From Nitrospirales bacterium (lineage in GTDB: Bacteria > Nitrospirota > Nitrospiria > Nitrospirales > UBA8639), in assembly GCA_965203295.1 (NCBI GenBank), contig CBDBCZ010000014.1:768001-832000 (forward strand): a DNA stretch of 64,000 bases. Direction: 5' to 3'. Each line of letters starts with the position of its first letter. Within the stretch, counting starts at the first letter, position 1. Shown piece by piece: positions 13,563 to 27,764 of this stretch. Both the position numbers and the translations under genes were made by a program. The notes under the pieces are model-generated. The model was not told the origin of the DNA, made no database searches, and was given only the letters and a program-made list of their open reading frames with translations.

Positions 13563-13604
13563 TCAAAGTTGGGGCAGCAATATGTCAGCAGTCCCAGTTC
13601 TCAA
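13563..13604 (-). pseudogene. diverged extra copy of the DIS3L2-like terminal exon
   Basis: CACATTGCCAG|LRTGTADILLPQL-stop, versus FRIRTADVPLPQV-stop at 1594-1553 with the same acceptor context. Confidence 0.7.
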
Positions 13605-13786
13605 CTGGCAATGTGATTGATTGATGATAGAGTGAATTGCACAAGTAAACCCAATTTCAGTTAGAGCTTTTACTAAATATCAACAATTTATCCCACAATT
13701 CCAGTGTATATTGCCTGAAACCATTGTCACATTTGCACTTACTGAGTTCAGTATGAAATTACTGTAGTCGTTTCTTTTCTATGCAG

Positions 13787-14024
13787 ATATCAATGAATGT
13801 GATAGGGGCTCTCATGACTGATGCTAAAGCAGACTGCACTGACACCAATGGGAGCTACTTATGCACCTGCAGAGTAGGATTCAGTGGCAACGGCAACACA
13901 TGCAGTAAGAAGTTCTAGTGTATTCATTGATCAAGTGCATCCATTGCATTTTCTCCCTCATGATCAATAGGTTGTACTGATGGTCAGCTGATGTTAGCAA
14001 ATGGCTCCAGCTCCACAGAAGGCC
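13787..14024 (+). pseudogene. cbEGF exon (frameshifted) and SRCR-start exon, duplicate copy
   Basis: DINECDRGSHD/DAKADCTDTNGSYLCTCRVGFSGNGNTC at 13787-13904 and CTDGQLMLANGSSSTEG from 13971. Confidence 0.8.
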
Positions 14025-15416
14025 ACCGCCGCTCACGCTCACTCTAAATTCGTATGGGCAGAGAACGCAAGCACTATATAGGCTTAATTTTTTTCAACTG
14101 CCTGAAATACATTAATGTCTTGCAAGGCAATGGACCAGCAGAGATCTAGCTTCTCCTGCATGGACTCCTCTTTCTCTCCTCTCTCCACTGTTAACAAATT
14201 TACATATACCCTTTGTGCTAATAGTCATAGTAATTTAATTGGTAAACATTTATACAAATCTAGATTGCAACTTTAACTCTATCATCATTGTAGCTACTTT
14301 CACTCTTCCGGTTTTCCATGTTATTTTATTTATTGATTTGTGACTCCTAGTTTTAGGCCGGGCATTCTTGTGTATGCGTGTCACGAAAATAAAATATTCT
14401 ATTCTATAGTCATCAAACAGTACCTCCATAGGCTCAAGCAGATTGCAGTTTTATTAAACTATATTATGCTATAGTCTTACAGTGCGTACTTCTAATTGTG
14501 CTCAACAAACTGTCGACCCAGCATTAAGCGCGCGACAGCATACGGCATGCGCAGTTGCGCACATACAATAGTGTCTACATCAAGGGTAGAATGCACAGCT
14601 GGGGATTGAACCCATGAACCTTTTCAAAAACACAATGAGCCACTAGAACCCATGAGTAGTACCCAGCTTTACACTAGCCTTGTGCCCAGGCTCTTGCGGT
14701 GCCTGGGTGCTAGGCTATATCTAAACCTGCTTGTATCACACATACAAACGGGACTGCCAGTAAAGTGTACAGCTTACCCATAGTATACATTGGTAGACAG
14801 AGTACACATTTTCCATCCGCCTAGTTATTCTGCATTAGCGCTTCAACAGATTGGCCATGGTTATAACACTCAGTGAAATTAGTTTTATTGGCTTTGGCTT
14901 CACCTGAGCAGCCAATAAATCGCTTATCATTAATCGCTTTCACCTTGTGCTTAAACACACCTGCCAGTAGGAACTAGCCAACTTTCTTGCTATTATGCTC
15001 ATAATCATGCTCATAATCGCCTTTCTTGCTATTATGCTCATCAAGTATCAGCAAAGACACATCAAGTTGGAGCATAGTTGCAGGGAAGTTAGAACATCAG
15101 AGCATAGCATATCAATGATTTTGAGCATAATCTCCACAAGCCTTAGCTGTATACAGCACTACATGTAGCAGTCCCTCTGACATGTATGTATGGCTGCCAC
15201 AGTACAATACAGGCCTGCTAGAATAGCAGACCCTCCATAATTTTGTGAAAACAGGAAGGGTGGCAGGGTAGAGCGCAGCTAGATAGGGCTCTGGCTCTTA
15301 TATACTGAGAGGTTGCTTAAAGCACTTGTGGGTTTACAAGGCTACAATAATTGCTCATGAATATAATCACGCAAGTATGATCGCTTTTAGCTCTCTGCTC
15401 TAATGTTTTGTCTGTC

Positions 15417-15612
15417 CAGGAATGGGCTAATATTCAGAGATGTGCTAATATTCAGGGGTGGGCTTACGTATATTCAGCAGTGGGCTTATACTCAGGAGTG
15501 GGCTTATACTCAGGAGTGGGCTTATACTCAGGGATGTGCTAATACTCAGGGGTGGGCTTATAATCAAGAGTGGGCTTATACTCAGTGTGGGCTCATACTC
15601 AAGGGTGGACTT
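15417..15612 (+). repeat. 18-bp degenerate minisatellite (TGGGCTTATACTCAGGAG)n; second copy at ~43745-43932
   Basis: About 10 units; resembles the sub-terminal arrays of pogo-type MITEs. Confidence 0.85.
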
Positions 15613-17379
15613 AATTATATGCTCTGGGTGGGTTAAAACAGGGAGAACAATGCCCTTTGGTGTTCTTAAAACATTGATATGGTACCAATTGCCATCAGAG
15701 GAACTTAGGCATGTACATATGTGTAGCTAGAACTATACCTAATCACCTGGGAAGTACTGCAGTGCAGCGTGGCCTGTTATCTAGTCAGCTTCAGGACAGG
15801 ATCATGTATCTTGTTTCTGTTGTGTAAAGACAGACAGCCATCACCTGTATACGACAAGGCGGTTGTAGAGATGACATCAAAGTACATCCAGTGCATTCTA
15901 GTTGAAAACCTAGCAAATAGTGAACAAAAAGTGACATTCAGAGAAGAAAAAAAACAAATGTTACTTACGTACGTACGTACGTACATCACTTCGCACAGCT
16001 TGAACCCAGCATGCATACATTCTGAACATGGACCAGTGCATGCAGTATCTTGTCCTACGGGGAAAAATGTGGATATTCATGTGACAAGACAGAAATTATC
16101 CATTTACAGTACTGGACATCACCATTGCCATCCTATTCTGTGACCTGCGATAACAGGATTAGGTGAGTGCTGTGAGCAAGGCAGTCATACAGCTATACAT
16201 GAAGGGTGGTTTGTGCTGCTAGCCATTTGTGAGATGACGACATGCACTCATAATAATTTACATGAGTGTCCAGTATATCAAGGCCTGCTGGCTATATATG
16301 GCGATGGATATGGGAGGTATAATGTACGTCCTCAACCTCTGTACATTAATTTCCCATTTACCCAGTTTCTCTACTGTTTTGTGGCTAAAATCAACAATGT
16401 CAATTATTTAGTGAACAGAAAGTGACATTACGCAGAATGGTCAATTTGTGCATTCATAACTCATGCAAGATTAGTCATAATGTAAGAAATAAGGGGGGGG
16501 GGGGGTCCTCACTACATAAAAACTTCATTCCTCCCGCCAAGTGAAGGTGTCACACCACTTAGCTGCTGGCTGCAAAAAGATCAGGTGGCTCTACATACAA
16601 GCCCATTCAGTCCCAATATGCATACAGCCAATATAGCTCAGAGGTGCAGTGTAATATGTAGCAGCATCTCTACCTTGTCCTGGCACATGTGACGTTAGTA
16701 GTGCACACTAGATCCAAATGCATCTCTTACTACATGTGTATCCATGCAACAATGCTACGTATCCTAGAAAGAGCAAATATGACATGAATACCACTTGGGT
16801 ATTCTTAACAGTGTTTCATACAAAGGGAGGGGGGGCGCAGTTGGATCTCCTCTCTCCCATTCCCTTCAGAATTTTAAAATTATGATGTCATATTTACTAA
16901 TGACACTGATTTTGAATTCAAGTGTTGCATAGATAGCTAGCAGCCAAAAGCCACCAGAATATAAAATTTTTGGGGGGCATGCCCCCAGACCCCCTAGAAG
17001 GGTGTGGTTTGCACATACCTAGGTAGGTAGCCTGTTTCACAAGGTGTACACGTAAGTGAAGGTTAGCTTCTAATGAGTGATTATTGCATACATTGACTAT
17101 CCCTAAGCATTAAGTCTCCATCCCACAGCAAAAAGTCTTGTATGAAACTCTGCTTAAGAGCGACAATATGGCCAAGCTTGAAGATACACTGCCAAGTATA
17201 ATGATAAAATTCAGCACAAGTAAAAAATGGTACAGCTAGTGCCCCAGAGCAAAAGAAAGTACTCATGTTGTTGCCATAGTACTTGCGCCATTGACCACAT
17301 GCACCACCATACGCAGTTGTATGATCTCCAGTCAGAGGACAAGAGCAAGAGCAAACAGACGATTCACCATATAACTTAT

Positions 17380-17909
17380 TCTTCCAAGTATCCCAAATTA
17401 AAACTCTTAACTAGTTTTAATAAAGCCTTAAAATCATAACTGTCCCAATTTTCCACCCTAACCTGTTAATTCTCTTAATTATTGAGTGCACTATACTTTT
17501 CAAAACTGCCCCACAACTGTCTAATATTTCCATGAAAGTATTTCTTATTGCAGCATACACAGGACACTCCCAGAGCACATGTACTACACTCTCAAATTCA
17601 TCCCCACATAACTTACACACTGCCTGTCATTTTTACCCCCATGTCTCCCTAACTCTTCATTCAGACCTAAACTTAAACAGCAATCGTGTTCCTGGATCCA
17701 CTGAGAGTAATTCTTGAATTTTATTTCCTTACAAAAAGACTCGGACAGACTCAGTTTATTTAAGCCAACTCTAAAGTCTTTATATTCGCTCTCTATATCT
17801 CAACTCTTCATCTACTCTCTCTAAGAACAAATTTACACTGTTATTATTTCCTGTCTGTCTTGATTTCAACGTAGCAACAATTCACTGATTAGTTTCCTCC
17901 AAGTCTTCC
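17380..17909 (-). mobile_element. LINE 3' fragment, truncated copy of 45715-46845
   Basis: CKLCGDEFESVVHVLWECPVYAAIRNTF zinc-knuckle. Confidence 0.85.
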
Positions 17910-20120
17910 ATCTGTCAGAGCAATTTCTTGCCAAACGCTGGACTTCAATTGCCAAGAAAGATTTTGGCCAACGTCTTGCCAAAGGAATCCATTGACCATG
18001 AGTCTGCCAATGGAAAGTCATTTCATTGCCGAAGAAACAAACTAGGTTTTTATTGCCAAAGAAAGACCTACAATGTACAGTATTTTGGCAGTAGATTTAC
18101 ACTGCAGTTTGCCAATGAAACTGTTTCAATTGTCCCTTTCATTGCCAAAGAAACAGCTCTCAATTGGCCAGTATCTTAACAAACAGAATGAGTATGCCAA
18201 TAACGTTTGCTGCCCATTTTAGAAAGGTCTGTTTCTTGGCAGCGATTTTCACTGGCACCTTTTAGAAAAACCCTTCCAGATTGGGATTTTATTATGGGCT
18301 ATACAAATCAACGCGGTATCAATGTCTTTACTCAGTACTAGCCCACAGAAGGTGGGGAAAGGAGGGAAATAGATTGTGGCAAGCTCCACACTAAAGCAAA
18401 TCATTTACATGTAGATACTTATTTGAACTAACCATTTACTTCTCTGGTGATGGTCAAGAGATTGTTATATTAATGGTTTTGCGGGTAGTGCCACATACGT
18501 AAAAGTAGCAGCTCTTCAATTAATTAATATTGTTCTTGCACTATGAACATATAAGCATCCATGTCAAATGCCGAAGTCACAAGTGAATGCACACACCTAC
18601 ATAGCTATAGGATGCACTCTTAATAGCCTGTCTGCTTGTGTATCTGTACTTTTCTTGTGCATTAAGTACATCATTGCATAGCGAGTACAATAGAAGCTAC
18701 TGAAAGTTTGTAGGGCAATTAGCTACATCAGCTTAATTTCCTAGATAGTGAAGAAGATTTAGAAGCCCACCATGAGTTAGCAGTTTCACTAAATTTAGTT
18801 GAGACAGCCTAACAAAACACTTTCGTTTACGGCTACATACATTTGCAAGTTGACTGTCCATAGGAGAAGGCAAATACGTTTGCAAGTTGGTTGTCCACAG
18901 GAGAAGGTAAATAGGCAGTGGCTCTCAAATATTTAACTAGGTTAGGCTGTCGGAATCAAAGGCTAACAGTTACTGTGTACACATACACTGGGAACAGTTC
19001 ACCTGCCATAGGAAAGTGATGAGCAGGAGGTAGTTCGTGACCCACCGAGGGATTAGGGGTTTGGGCCTGCATGAGGAAAAAAGCACGGAAGATTTACATC
19101 TGATTCACAGAGTGCCTCTATCACTGTACCTACACATGCAGTGTGTGTGGTATGTGTGTGTGTGTGTGTGTGTGTGCATGCTTTGTACATTCCTCCACAC
19201 CACTGCCAATTGGTGTGCTGATATGACAAGCAATCACAGATTTGTATAGTAAATCTAGATATCTGCAGCTGGTTGGTATTTTCTTTCTACTTTTCTAGTA
19301 GTCGCATTCCCAGACAGACCTAAAATCTTGTTTTAGGAAGGGCGAAGGTACATACATGAGCATGTATGTACGTACGTATAATATGCAAACTTAACAAGTA
19401 CGTGCACACCTACATTGTTAAGTATATGTGTAAAGTAGGCATCTAATCTGAAATGATACTTACAAAGGCTTCAAAGCTGTTTCTCAGTAGGGTTCCTGAA
19501 CTAAACATGGGCTTAACTCCCTTCAAGAATAGTATGGGGAAGGCAAGAGTAACAATTCCCCACCCTCAAGAGAGTTATAAGAAGGTGTAACTTCCATATA
19601 GGCCTGTGGTGTACATAAGCATGCAGCGAGCTCAGTCAGGCTCACCCTGATGTTGTGTTAGCCTCGAATCCTGGGTTTGAGGCTGCATGATGTCGTATGG
19701 CAGTCATCTTGAATGTGTATTACATGTAGCTATGTATTTGCTAAAAGAGAGTCTTTTTATTGTCTTACAATCTTCCAATTATGTGGTTAAGCCTAACAAG
19801 AATGATGTCTACTTATGTATGTGTAGGGTTTCCTGGTCTCCCAACATTAGAGGGTTTGGTGGAGCAATTTTTTCTGGCAGTACTATGCCATACATATGTG
19901 TGATGCTAAATTCCCCACCCTGAGTATCTGAGTGACAGAACTTTGCGGACTTAGTAGTATAGTTTATAGGTAGCTGTGTTAAACATTGATATGTCCTTAG
20001 TTTGTGTATGGTTTCAGGGATATTGGTGTGGTTTTGTTAGAGAGTTGAATTAAGATTTGAAGAGATATAGCACGTTTTGAAGTAAGTTTTTGTTGAAGTC
20101 AAGTAAACGAGCAAGCGCTA
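17908..20120 (+). repeat. segmental duplication B, copy 1 (near-identical to 29952-32161)
   Basis: Match from CCATCTGTC.GAGCAATTTCTTGCC to CAAGC.CTA. Confidence 0.97.
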
Positions 20121-21664
20121 GATATGTGGCCGTCCCACATAGAAGTCAAATATTATTCCATCACATATTTTCATCACATCAGTGCATTCAAAGTGCTGTA
20201 TCTCTGAACTTACATAAAGGGTGGGGTTCATACATGATGCACAGCTGCGTTTACGTATGAATTTGAGCCCCATCCTTAACAGAATACAGCACTCCGAATG
20301 CAGTGATGCCTAGCAGTAGTATTTGTGGTTTGTGTGGGAATGAACCTATGTAGGTATGCTGACTGGGCTCCTTGATTATTACAAGTATATATATGTACAC
20401 ATCAAGGGAGTCCACTGCAAACACAGCTGTATGTAATGTCATACATGTACATGAAAGCTTATCTTCTCACAGAAGTTTGCAATGTAATATAATATCACAA
20501 GATTGTTGACTGGTGTTCACTTCATCTTGACATCACTGCTGAGTAACTACACCTAGTACATGTATGTATGGTTACACGTACGTCTGACTTGGGATGTAGG
20601 GAATACAGCATAATAGGCTAAATCACAGCCTTGGGAAAAAAAAATCATTCCTCTTCACCCTCCCAACACAGCACTTACAGTAGCCTAAAGCAGCTGCACC
20701 ATGCTATGGTGATAAACAATGACACAATTATCTATGAATGATGTAGCAATAAAAACTGTACCTTTTATGCTCGTTCTGTAAGGCCTATGGGAGGGGATGG
20801 CTGTATCATGTAGGCTAGACTAGGAATAACCATAATAGGGAGTACAATGCATATAGCTTCTGTTACTGACCTATATAGCAGCAGGTGTAATGTATGTACC
20901 TTTGTACATGAACACCCAACCAATTTATGCAATTTCAATCTAGACAGATAGGTAAATCTTTGCTATTCTCCAGTCATAATCTTCCAGTTTCCTGCTATTA
21001 TTCTTCTCAAGTTATAGACTGTAACATACGTGAGCATTCTATACAATCCAGCAAAGACAAGTACACATTGATATGTCAACACAAATACACCGGCCACTCG
21101 ATCAGATGCGACTGATACCATCACAGAGCGCTAGCTAGCCACTCAACCAAAACATTGAGCGTCCAGTCCTCGTCATAGCTGGCCAAAGGTTGGGGCTGGC
21201 CCATTCATCCGGGCAAGTGCCACCAATAAACACTAGAGCTTGCTATTATTCTTCTTTATTCTAACTTCTTGTTATTATTCTCAAAATTATTCTGCATTAT
21301 TATCTTAAGCCTAAAATTTGAGCTCAACTGCCCACTGTCCTGTAAATACATCATTGTGAAAGCTTACAGAAATGTACAGGAAATCTGACCAGGGTTGCAG
21401 AAACTAATGCAAAATTTATATGTAGCCACGCAATTACCTCTTTCTTGTAGTAGAGTCTGTATCCTGTTGGAGATGTTCTTTAATAATAGAAGAGGCTTTC
21501 TCCAGAGTAAGCAAGAGGTCCTGGAGTGATGTACTGGGAAGCTCTGTGGCATTTGTTCTCACAGACATACTGGAGTAATCGTTGCTGGAGCTGTCAAGTT
21601 CAGACTCCACTCTATTGATAGAGGGGCTGTGGTATGGTAACAGTGGGGCTCTTTCGTCATCCAT
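19003..21664 (-). CDS. first two coding exons of an unknown probable membrane protein
   Basis: Exon 21664-21438 MDDERAPLLPYHSPS..TTRK(R) follows a TTTTTTTTCATAG acceptor; a phase-2 splice joins exon 19066-19003 PKPLIPRWVTNYLLLITFLWQ; has a [DE]xxxLL motif; the second exon is also copied at ~31042-31105. Confidence 0.6.
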
Positions 21665-22451
21665 TCTATGAAAAAAAAAGTGTTGAACGTAAAATACGCA
21701 GTACTTGATTGCTACATCGTATTTACCTATACTGTACAAACATATGCACCATGCATGTGATCATCACTGGCCACCAATTTTCTTTATGATTATACAGGCA
21801 ATATTATAGTAACCCGCTAAATTATGCACCACACAATATACAGAAGGAACACATATGCAAGAAGCCCTTCAGCCAGCTATGACGAGGACTGGACGCTCAA
21901 TGTTTTTATTGGGTGGCTAGCTAGCGCTCTGGGATAGTAATGATCGCATCTGATCGAGTGGCTGGTGTATTTGTGTTGACATGTCAATGTGTACCTGCCT
22001 TTGCTGGATTATAATAGAATGCTCACGTATGTTACAGACTATAACTTGAGAAGGATAATAGCACAAAACTGGGAGATTAGGATTGGAGAATAGCAAAGTT
22101 TTGTAACATGGAGCCTATCTGTCTAGATTGAAATTGCATAAATTGGTTGCCATTGCTGAGGGGGGTGTTCATGTAAAAAGTACACCTCAGTATACACAGA
22201 AGCCATGCATTGTACTCCCTATTATGGTCATTTCTAGTCTAGCCTATAAGATACAGCCATCTCCTCCCATAGCCCTTACAGAAGGAGCATAAAAGATACA
22301 GTTTTTACTCGTTATTGCTACATCATTCATAGATAGTGGTGTCATTGTTCATCTCCATATGGGGCAGCTGCTTTAGGCTACTATGTGTTTCGTTGGGAGG
22401 ATGAAGAGGAAGCTTCGTCATGACATTTTTCCAAGGCTGTGATTTAGCCTA
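20614..22451. repeat. inverted duplication, arms 20614-21183 / 21872-22451
   Basis: TAGGCTAAATCACAGCCTTGG..CGTCCAGTCCTCGTCATAGCTGGC recurs reverse-complemented. Confidence 0.92.
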
Positions 22452-23885
22452 GTGTGACTTTCAGTCTGTCAACTTGAAATGGGAAATTACACCTGAAATG
22501 AAACCACCGTAGTAGCTAGCACCTTGTATGTTCATGTAGTAACATACATGCAGTAACTCCAAACATGCTATACCTGGTAGATAGCAACAATGGAGATCTT
22601 TTCACCCCTTATTGGTATAGTGCTGTGAGGCATTGCAGAGCAGAAAGGCCATGACCTACATCTATTCACATAGCTTTACCAGATGAAATGTATAGAGTTT
22701 ATGTGGTTTTTGTAGAAGTAGAATTATGAAAACCATGAACGGCACAGATTAAGCAATGCAAACTGGAGTATCAAGCACCAGAGCCTCTCTCCTGGGCAGC
22801 CTTGGAAAAGTGTTGTACGTAGACGGAGATGTACACATGGATGCCAGTTGTAACTGTTCAAGCTGGTTCAGCTGTTATTTGCACGACTTGCTGAGTACAA
22901 AAATAGTTGGCCCAGTAGACTAACCTATCCGCACAATGAAACCCTGGGTGTGATGAGAAGTGAGGCGAATTGCCACTGCCCAATCAATCAATCCAGTCCC
23001 AGTGGCTGAGTACTAAAAAAAGAATTCCACTACTGAATGCCTCAGCCGCTCCATATATTCCTAAACAGTAAACCTTAGTCGTACGCGTACATTCCTATTA
23101 AGCCACGCAAGGCATAGTGCACTTGCGTATACTGTGCTCAATGTACATGTTAGGTAGCCTTGTTCCCAGGCCTCCACACAGGTTTTTGTCACTTGTAGTA
23201 CGAAGAGCATGGAAACGTTACTCCTCCTACCTCCAACCCTAAAACAGCTATTAATGCAAAATGTGCCCAACTTACTCTGTCCAAATTATGCTATTCAGTA
23301 TACTATAATCAACTAGTCACAATGAAAAACAGTTCAGCTAGCTGGTCAATGGCAGAGGAATAAAAGGGCAAACATTAAATAACAGCAGAGACACTAATTA
23401 TATGGGGGGATGAGAAGGGTCTTGCAGGTTTACTATGCAGTTAACTTGGGTCTTAAGTGTTCATCATAGTCAGCGATACTGATACTACACCAATTACTTA
23501 CTTTACTGAAACAGACAGTGTCGCAGATGTCACAGCACTCTTCCGGCGCCGGCAGACGTACCTACAGCTAGCTTGGCCACTGGTCTGAAGGTCAAGACCT
23601 TTATGCGATGAGCCCCGCCCTCTTACAACTGGTGTGACGTTTACAATATATCGTATAATTATAGTATGTTTATATTTTTGTCATTAAAAACAACTTAGCC
23701 ATTGCTGTAGCTTACAGCGATTCAAAATCACATCCTTGGAAAAGCACTCTCACAGATATTACACTGATACATATTTTGCAATCAAAGATACAGTACAGTA
23801 ATTTCACTACACATAACATGGATGTGATATAATTATGCACGCATGTAAATACTGACTTCACATCAAAAAGTTCTGCAAGGTCCTC

Positions 23886-24218
<333 letters not shown>

Positions 24219-24359
24219 TCAACCTGCACAAGAGACAAGTCAGATCGGGTGAATAAAAACTTAGAAGCCACCGGAGTATCACTGAAACGGGGTATGCCTA
24301 CACAGTGCTCGTAAACAATCCTGCACACTCACTTCAATAACCGCCTACGAAACGTAACT

Positions 24360-24500
24360 AGCACTCTCTTCTCAGCACACCTCCTTTATATTACGTGCGG
24401 GCCGGAAATTGTATTTAGCAATGCGCATGCGTACTACGTTCGCTCTCCTTACCGTGGAAGTTAGTGAGTGGTCAAATTTGTGGCGCCATTTTAACCAAGA
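24360..24500. promoter_or_regulatory. compact divergent promoter
   Basis: TATAAA on the minus strand at 24385-24390, upstream of the thymosin UTR exon; GCCGGAA, TGCGCATGCG (NRF1-like) and GGCGCCATTTT (YY1-like) motifs. Confidence 0.7.
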
Positions 24501-24511
24501 AGCATTTGAAA

Positions 24512-24565
24512 ATGTCGGAGCAACCTAGCCTGAAGAGGGACAGTACAATGGCTGTGACTGCACAG
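24512..24565 (+). CDS. probable first coding exon of a gene divergent from thymosin, MSEQPSLKRDSTMAVTAQ
   Basis: ATG just after the YY1-like motif; 18 codons ending CAG|GTAAAA; downstream exons not identified. Confidence 0.5.
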
Positions 24566-26639
24566 GTAAAAGGAGTGACTGGTGGGTTTGTGAGTAAGTA
24601 GTTTGCAGCTGTATACTCACCTCCTCTGACCTGAATGGCTAGACTGAAGTACCCCGAGGCTGTTATGACGTTTGCTATTAATTATTTGTACGTTTGCAAT
24701 GGTAATTTGCGTAAACAATTATGCAGGAAGGCGTAGTTGTTTTTCTTACATATACACTGATGTCATCATTCACTATATCCTTGTTGCCAAATTTTTAAAA
24801 GGGCCAACTAAAGAATTTGATCAGGGTTAGTATTAGGGTCAGGATCAGGCCATATAAAGTCTTCAGTTGATCTGAATGTGATCGCTGTAATTTACCCTAA
24901 TTTTGACCATAACCCAATTCTAAATCCCTGTGCGACTGCATTCTTCAGTTGACCTGCTATATCAATACATAACTGTTACTAGTGTCTATCTCTGTGTGTG
25001 TAACCGATGTGATGACATGTGCACAATTGGGTGAGAATACACAAGAAGACCATGACATCATATGAGTACTGTATTGGATCTAATAATCGGGCTCAAATGA
25101 GCATTTCGAGCGCACTTTAACACGAAGGTGAGCGGCTATACAGTCTGTACTAAAGTAAAAACCATGCTGAGCTATAACCGCAACGTACACTAGGACTAAC
25201 CTTGGTGATGTGTATTAAATGGAGTCAGTGCTGTTCACCTACATGTATACGCAAGGCTATGGCTGTGAAGAGCTATAGGCTGAAGTCCTAGCGTGCCTAC
25301 ATAGATTTGCAGTTTGTAGTCTGCTATAGGTCACTGCCTCCACGTGGCTCAGACCGGGATCTGTCAGCATGCAGCACTACTGCCACTGGTAGATGCTAAG
25401 TAATCACATGCGAGCGAGTTCAACAAGTGCAACTACTTGTAACCATTATTCATCTACTGGGAAATATCTATTCAGAACAGTCATATCTCTAAAAGTGATA
25501 ATCATGGTATAGTTTTATGAAGAGGTCTGATAGCCTGATTGAGTGAAGTCTAATGTCCAGTCATGCACTTTTCAAGTTAATTAAAGCAGCAGTAGTTCTC
25601 AGTCTCGTTCTAGGAGGTGGGTGATTGCTTTACCCATTCTGGTTCCATAACTGTTTCAGTGTATAGTTCTGTGCCTCAGCTAATGTTGTAATTATTGTCT
25701 TTTAAAAACAGTAATTTTTGCCAAATCAATGTTTGTCCCATTGGAATTCCTATGGGATCGTGGGATACCAGGAAGGACCAGGGGAATGCGGCTACTAGAG
25801 CTCAGTGGGGCATGCCAGAAGTATCCTGTTCCCTTGGGACCAGGGGATGGGAAGTCTGCGGTGGGACATGTATATGAGATTCCCATGGACACTGTATTTA
25901 GATGGAGATGTGGGACTGTCCTAAGTGGAATAGGGCTATTAATTCCGAGCGAAGCGAGGGTTTTATTGACCTTTTTCGTCGTCGTCATGGTCCATGTCCC
26001 TCCCAGCAACTTCTCCAGACATATAGCCTACCAAACTCGCAGCAAACACTTACCTTCGTTACAGAACTCTGTACGAGAGACTTGGAAGCGCTCACTATTA
26101 CACCTAGCCTGCTTCAGCCTGTGGTCTTTCAGGCGCATTATTAAACGTAGCCATTTTTTATTTTGGGTTGTAGGTGTGCCCTGTTACGTTTGACCTTTTT
26201 CTGCTTGGTAGGCGTGCCACAAAATATATGTGTCACACCCAGCAATTCTCGCGAAAGCGAGGACATCCCTGCACATTGTGTATCACTAGTTGCTTTTCAA
26301 ACCTGGGCATGAGTGCTCACTTGGTGTGGCTACTCAAATGCTTTGCCTTACCAGTTTCTGATTGCTAGGTGCATGAAATATGTGCTTTTCTGGCTATATA
26401 GTGTGTATGTCCAAATGGAAAATTACATGGTGTGTCCATCCTGTTAAGTTGTTGGCTTCATATTCATTTGTACATGTAAAGTAACTATACATGGGCTGCT
26501 GGCTATTTTTTTTTGCTTCAAACAGAATAGTGTAGCTGCAAAATGTTTCACTTGTGGCCTGGTTACGTACTGTATTCCGTATAGGCGACATTACGATTGT
26601 AGTTGTTGGGCAATGAAAGTGGACATGAATATACAGATA

Positions 26640-27157
26640 CCGTATTTCCGCGATCAGACGCCGCCCTCGATTAGTAGCCGCCCTCGAATTATAGCCGCAC
26701 CTCCGGAAATGCTGAATGAAATAGTGGCCGCCCTCGATTAGTAGCCGCGGCTAAAATTCAAGTACCGTGGTAGGAATAAGCAAGAAGATGTAGCAACTAC
26801 AGTAAAAGTAGAGTAATACTTGACTTTGCTAGCTAACAGTTGTCGGACCTCACCTCTGTCTCTTCGAGGTTGCGAAGGGATCAAAGCCCGACGGAGGCTG
26901 CCCGCGAATCTATATTTGTGATATCTCTCCCCTCAAAAAACAGCTGGCATTGTAGCATGACGGCTTTTTGATAGTGTTGAGGCACGAACGGCGATTTTCA
27001 AACGGATTTAAACTGCTGTTATGCGTCGCTGTGTAACCAGTAAACCGCTCAATCTAATAAACGCCGCCCTCGATTAGTGGCCGCCCTCGAATAGTGACCG
27101 CAGAAAATCGCGCGATGAAATAAATAGTAGCCGCGGCGTCTGATCGCGGAAATACGG
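26640..27157. mobile_element. young pogo-type MITE, TA target duplication
   Basis: Perfect 25-bp TIR CCGTATTTCCGCGATCAGACGCCGC; GCCGCCCTCGA sub-terminal repeats; CpGs retained. Confidence 0.93.
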
Positions 27158-27764
27158 TATACCTCATTCCTGGATAGTCCTCCACCCTACTAGACTTTTT
27201 GCTTATGTTGTGAGAGTAGCCTACTGGGCAGTTTCTCAACAGTGAGCCTGAAGTCTGTCTCTAGTTGTTTGAACAACAGTTCTTAAATTATTGCATTCCA
27301 TTCATTGCTGTAGGTTACCAAGTAGGAAAATTTGTGGTTGAAAACCAAATTGGGCCTCTATGCATGGGCACACTATCAACTGTTGTCCCTCCTTTCACTA
27401 TAGTGCAAAGCAGGCAAATAATCTACAGCTGTTTGACACCTTTTAAAGCCCTCTTATAATTCTAGGCACATACTCCTACTGTACAGCTAGGATATAAACA
27501 GTGGATCAAGGATTGTGTGGCTGTTTAGGGCCTCCTTAATGCTCCTTGGATTTTCTAGCTTTGTCAACACCTGGTGTTCCCACTTCATGGTGTGCTGGTT
27601 ATCCCATGCATTATCCAGTTCACTTCTAACCTCTTGTAACACCTGGTCAAGTTGCATCAGAAGTTGATGGCTATGAAAGAAGTTTACTTTGTGCTAGCTT
27701 CAAATTTGGCCTGTGGATGGCTAGAGCATCTCATCAACAAACTTTCTTGCTTGGTGTCTCTTTG

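Larger units (their letters stand above)
13626..17909 (+). repeat. segmental duplication A, copy 1 (near-identical to 41945-46244)
   Basis: Continuous match from GATAGAGTGAATTGCACAAG to CCTCCAAGTCTTCC; the ORF track repeats the same peptides in both copies. Confidence 0.97.

Noticed and set aside
15403..15730. QEWAYT / SGLILR repeat peptides, or a possible CRISPR array
   Set aside because: Translation of an 18-bp minisatellite; there are no unique spacers.
25692..26200. Overlapping ORFs of 105-154 aa
   Set aside because: They lie in repeat-like sequence (TCCCA/TGGGA motifs, CCGAGCGAAGCGAGG end) with no domain signature.
26850..26962. HIRAN or transposase remnant inside the 26640 MITE
   Set aside because: The short minus-strand frame matches neither family.
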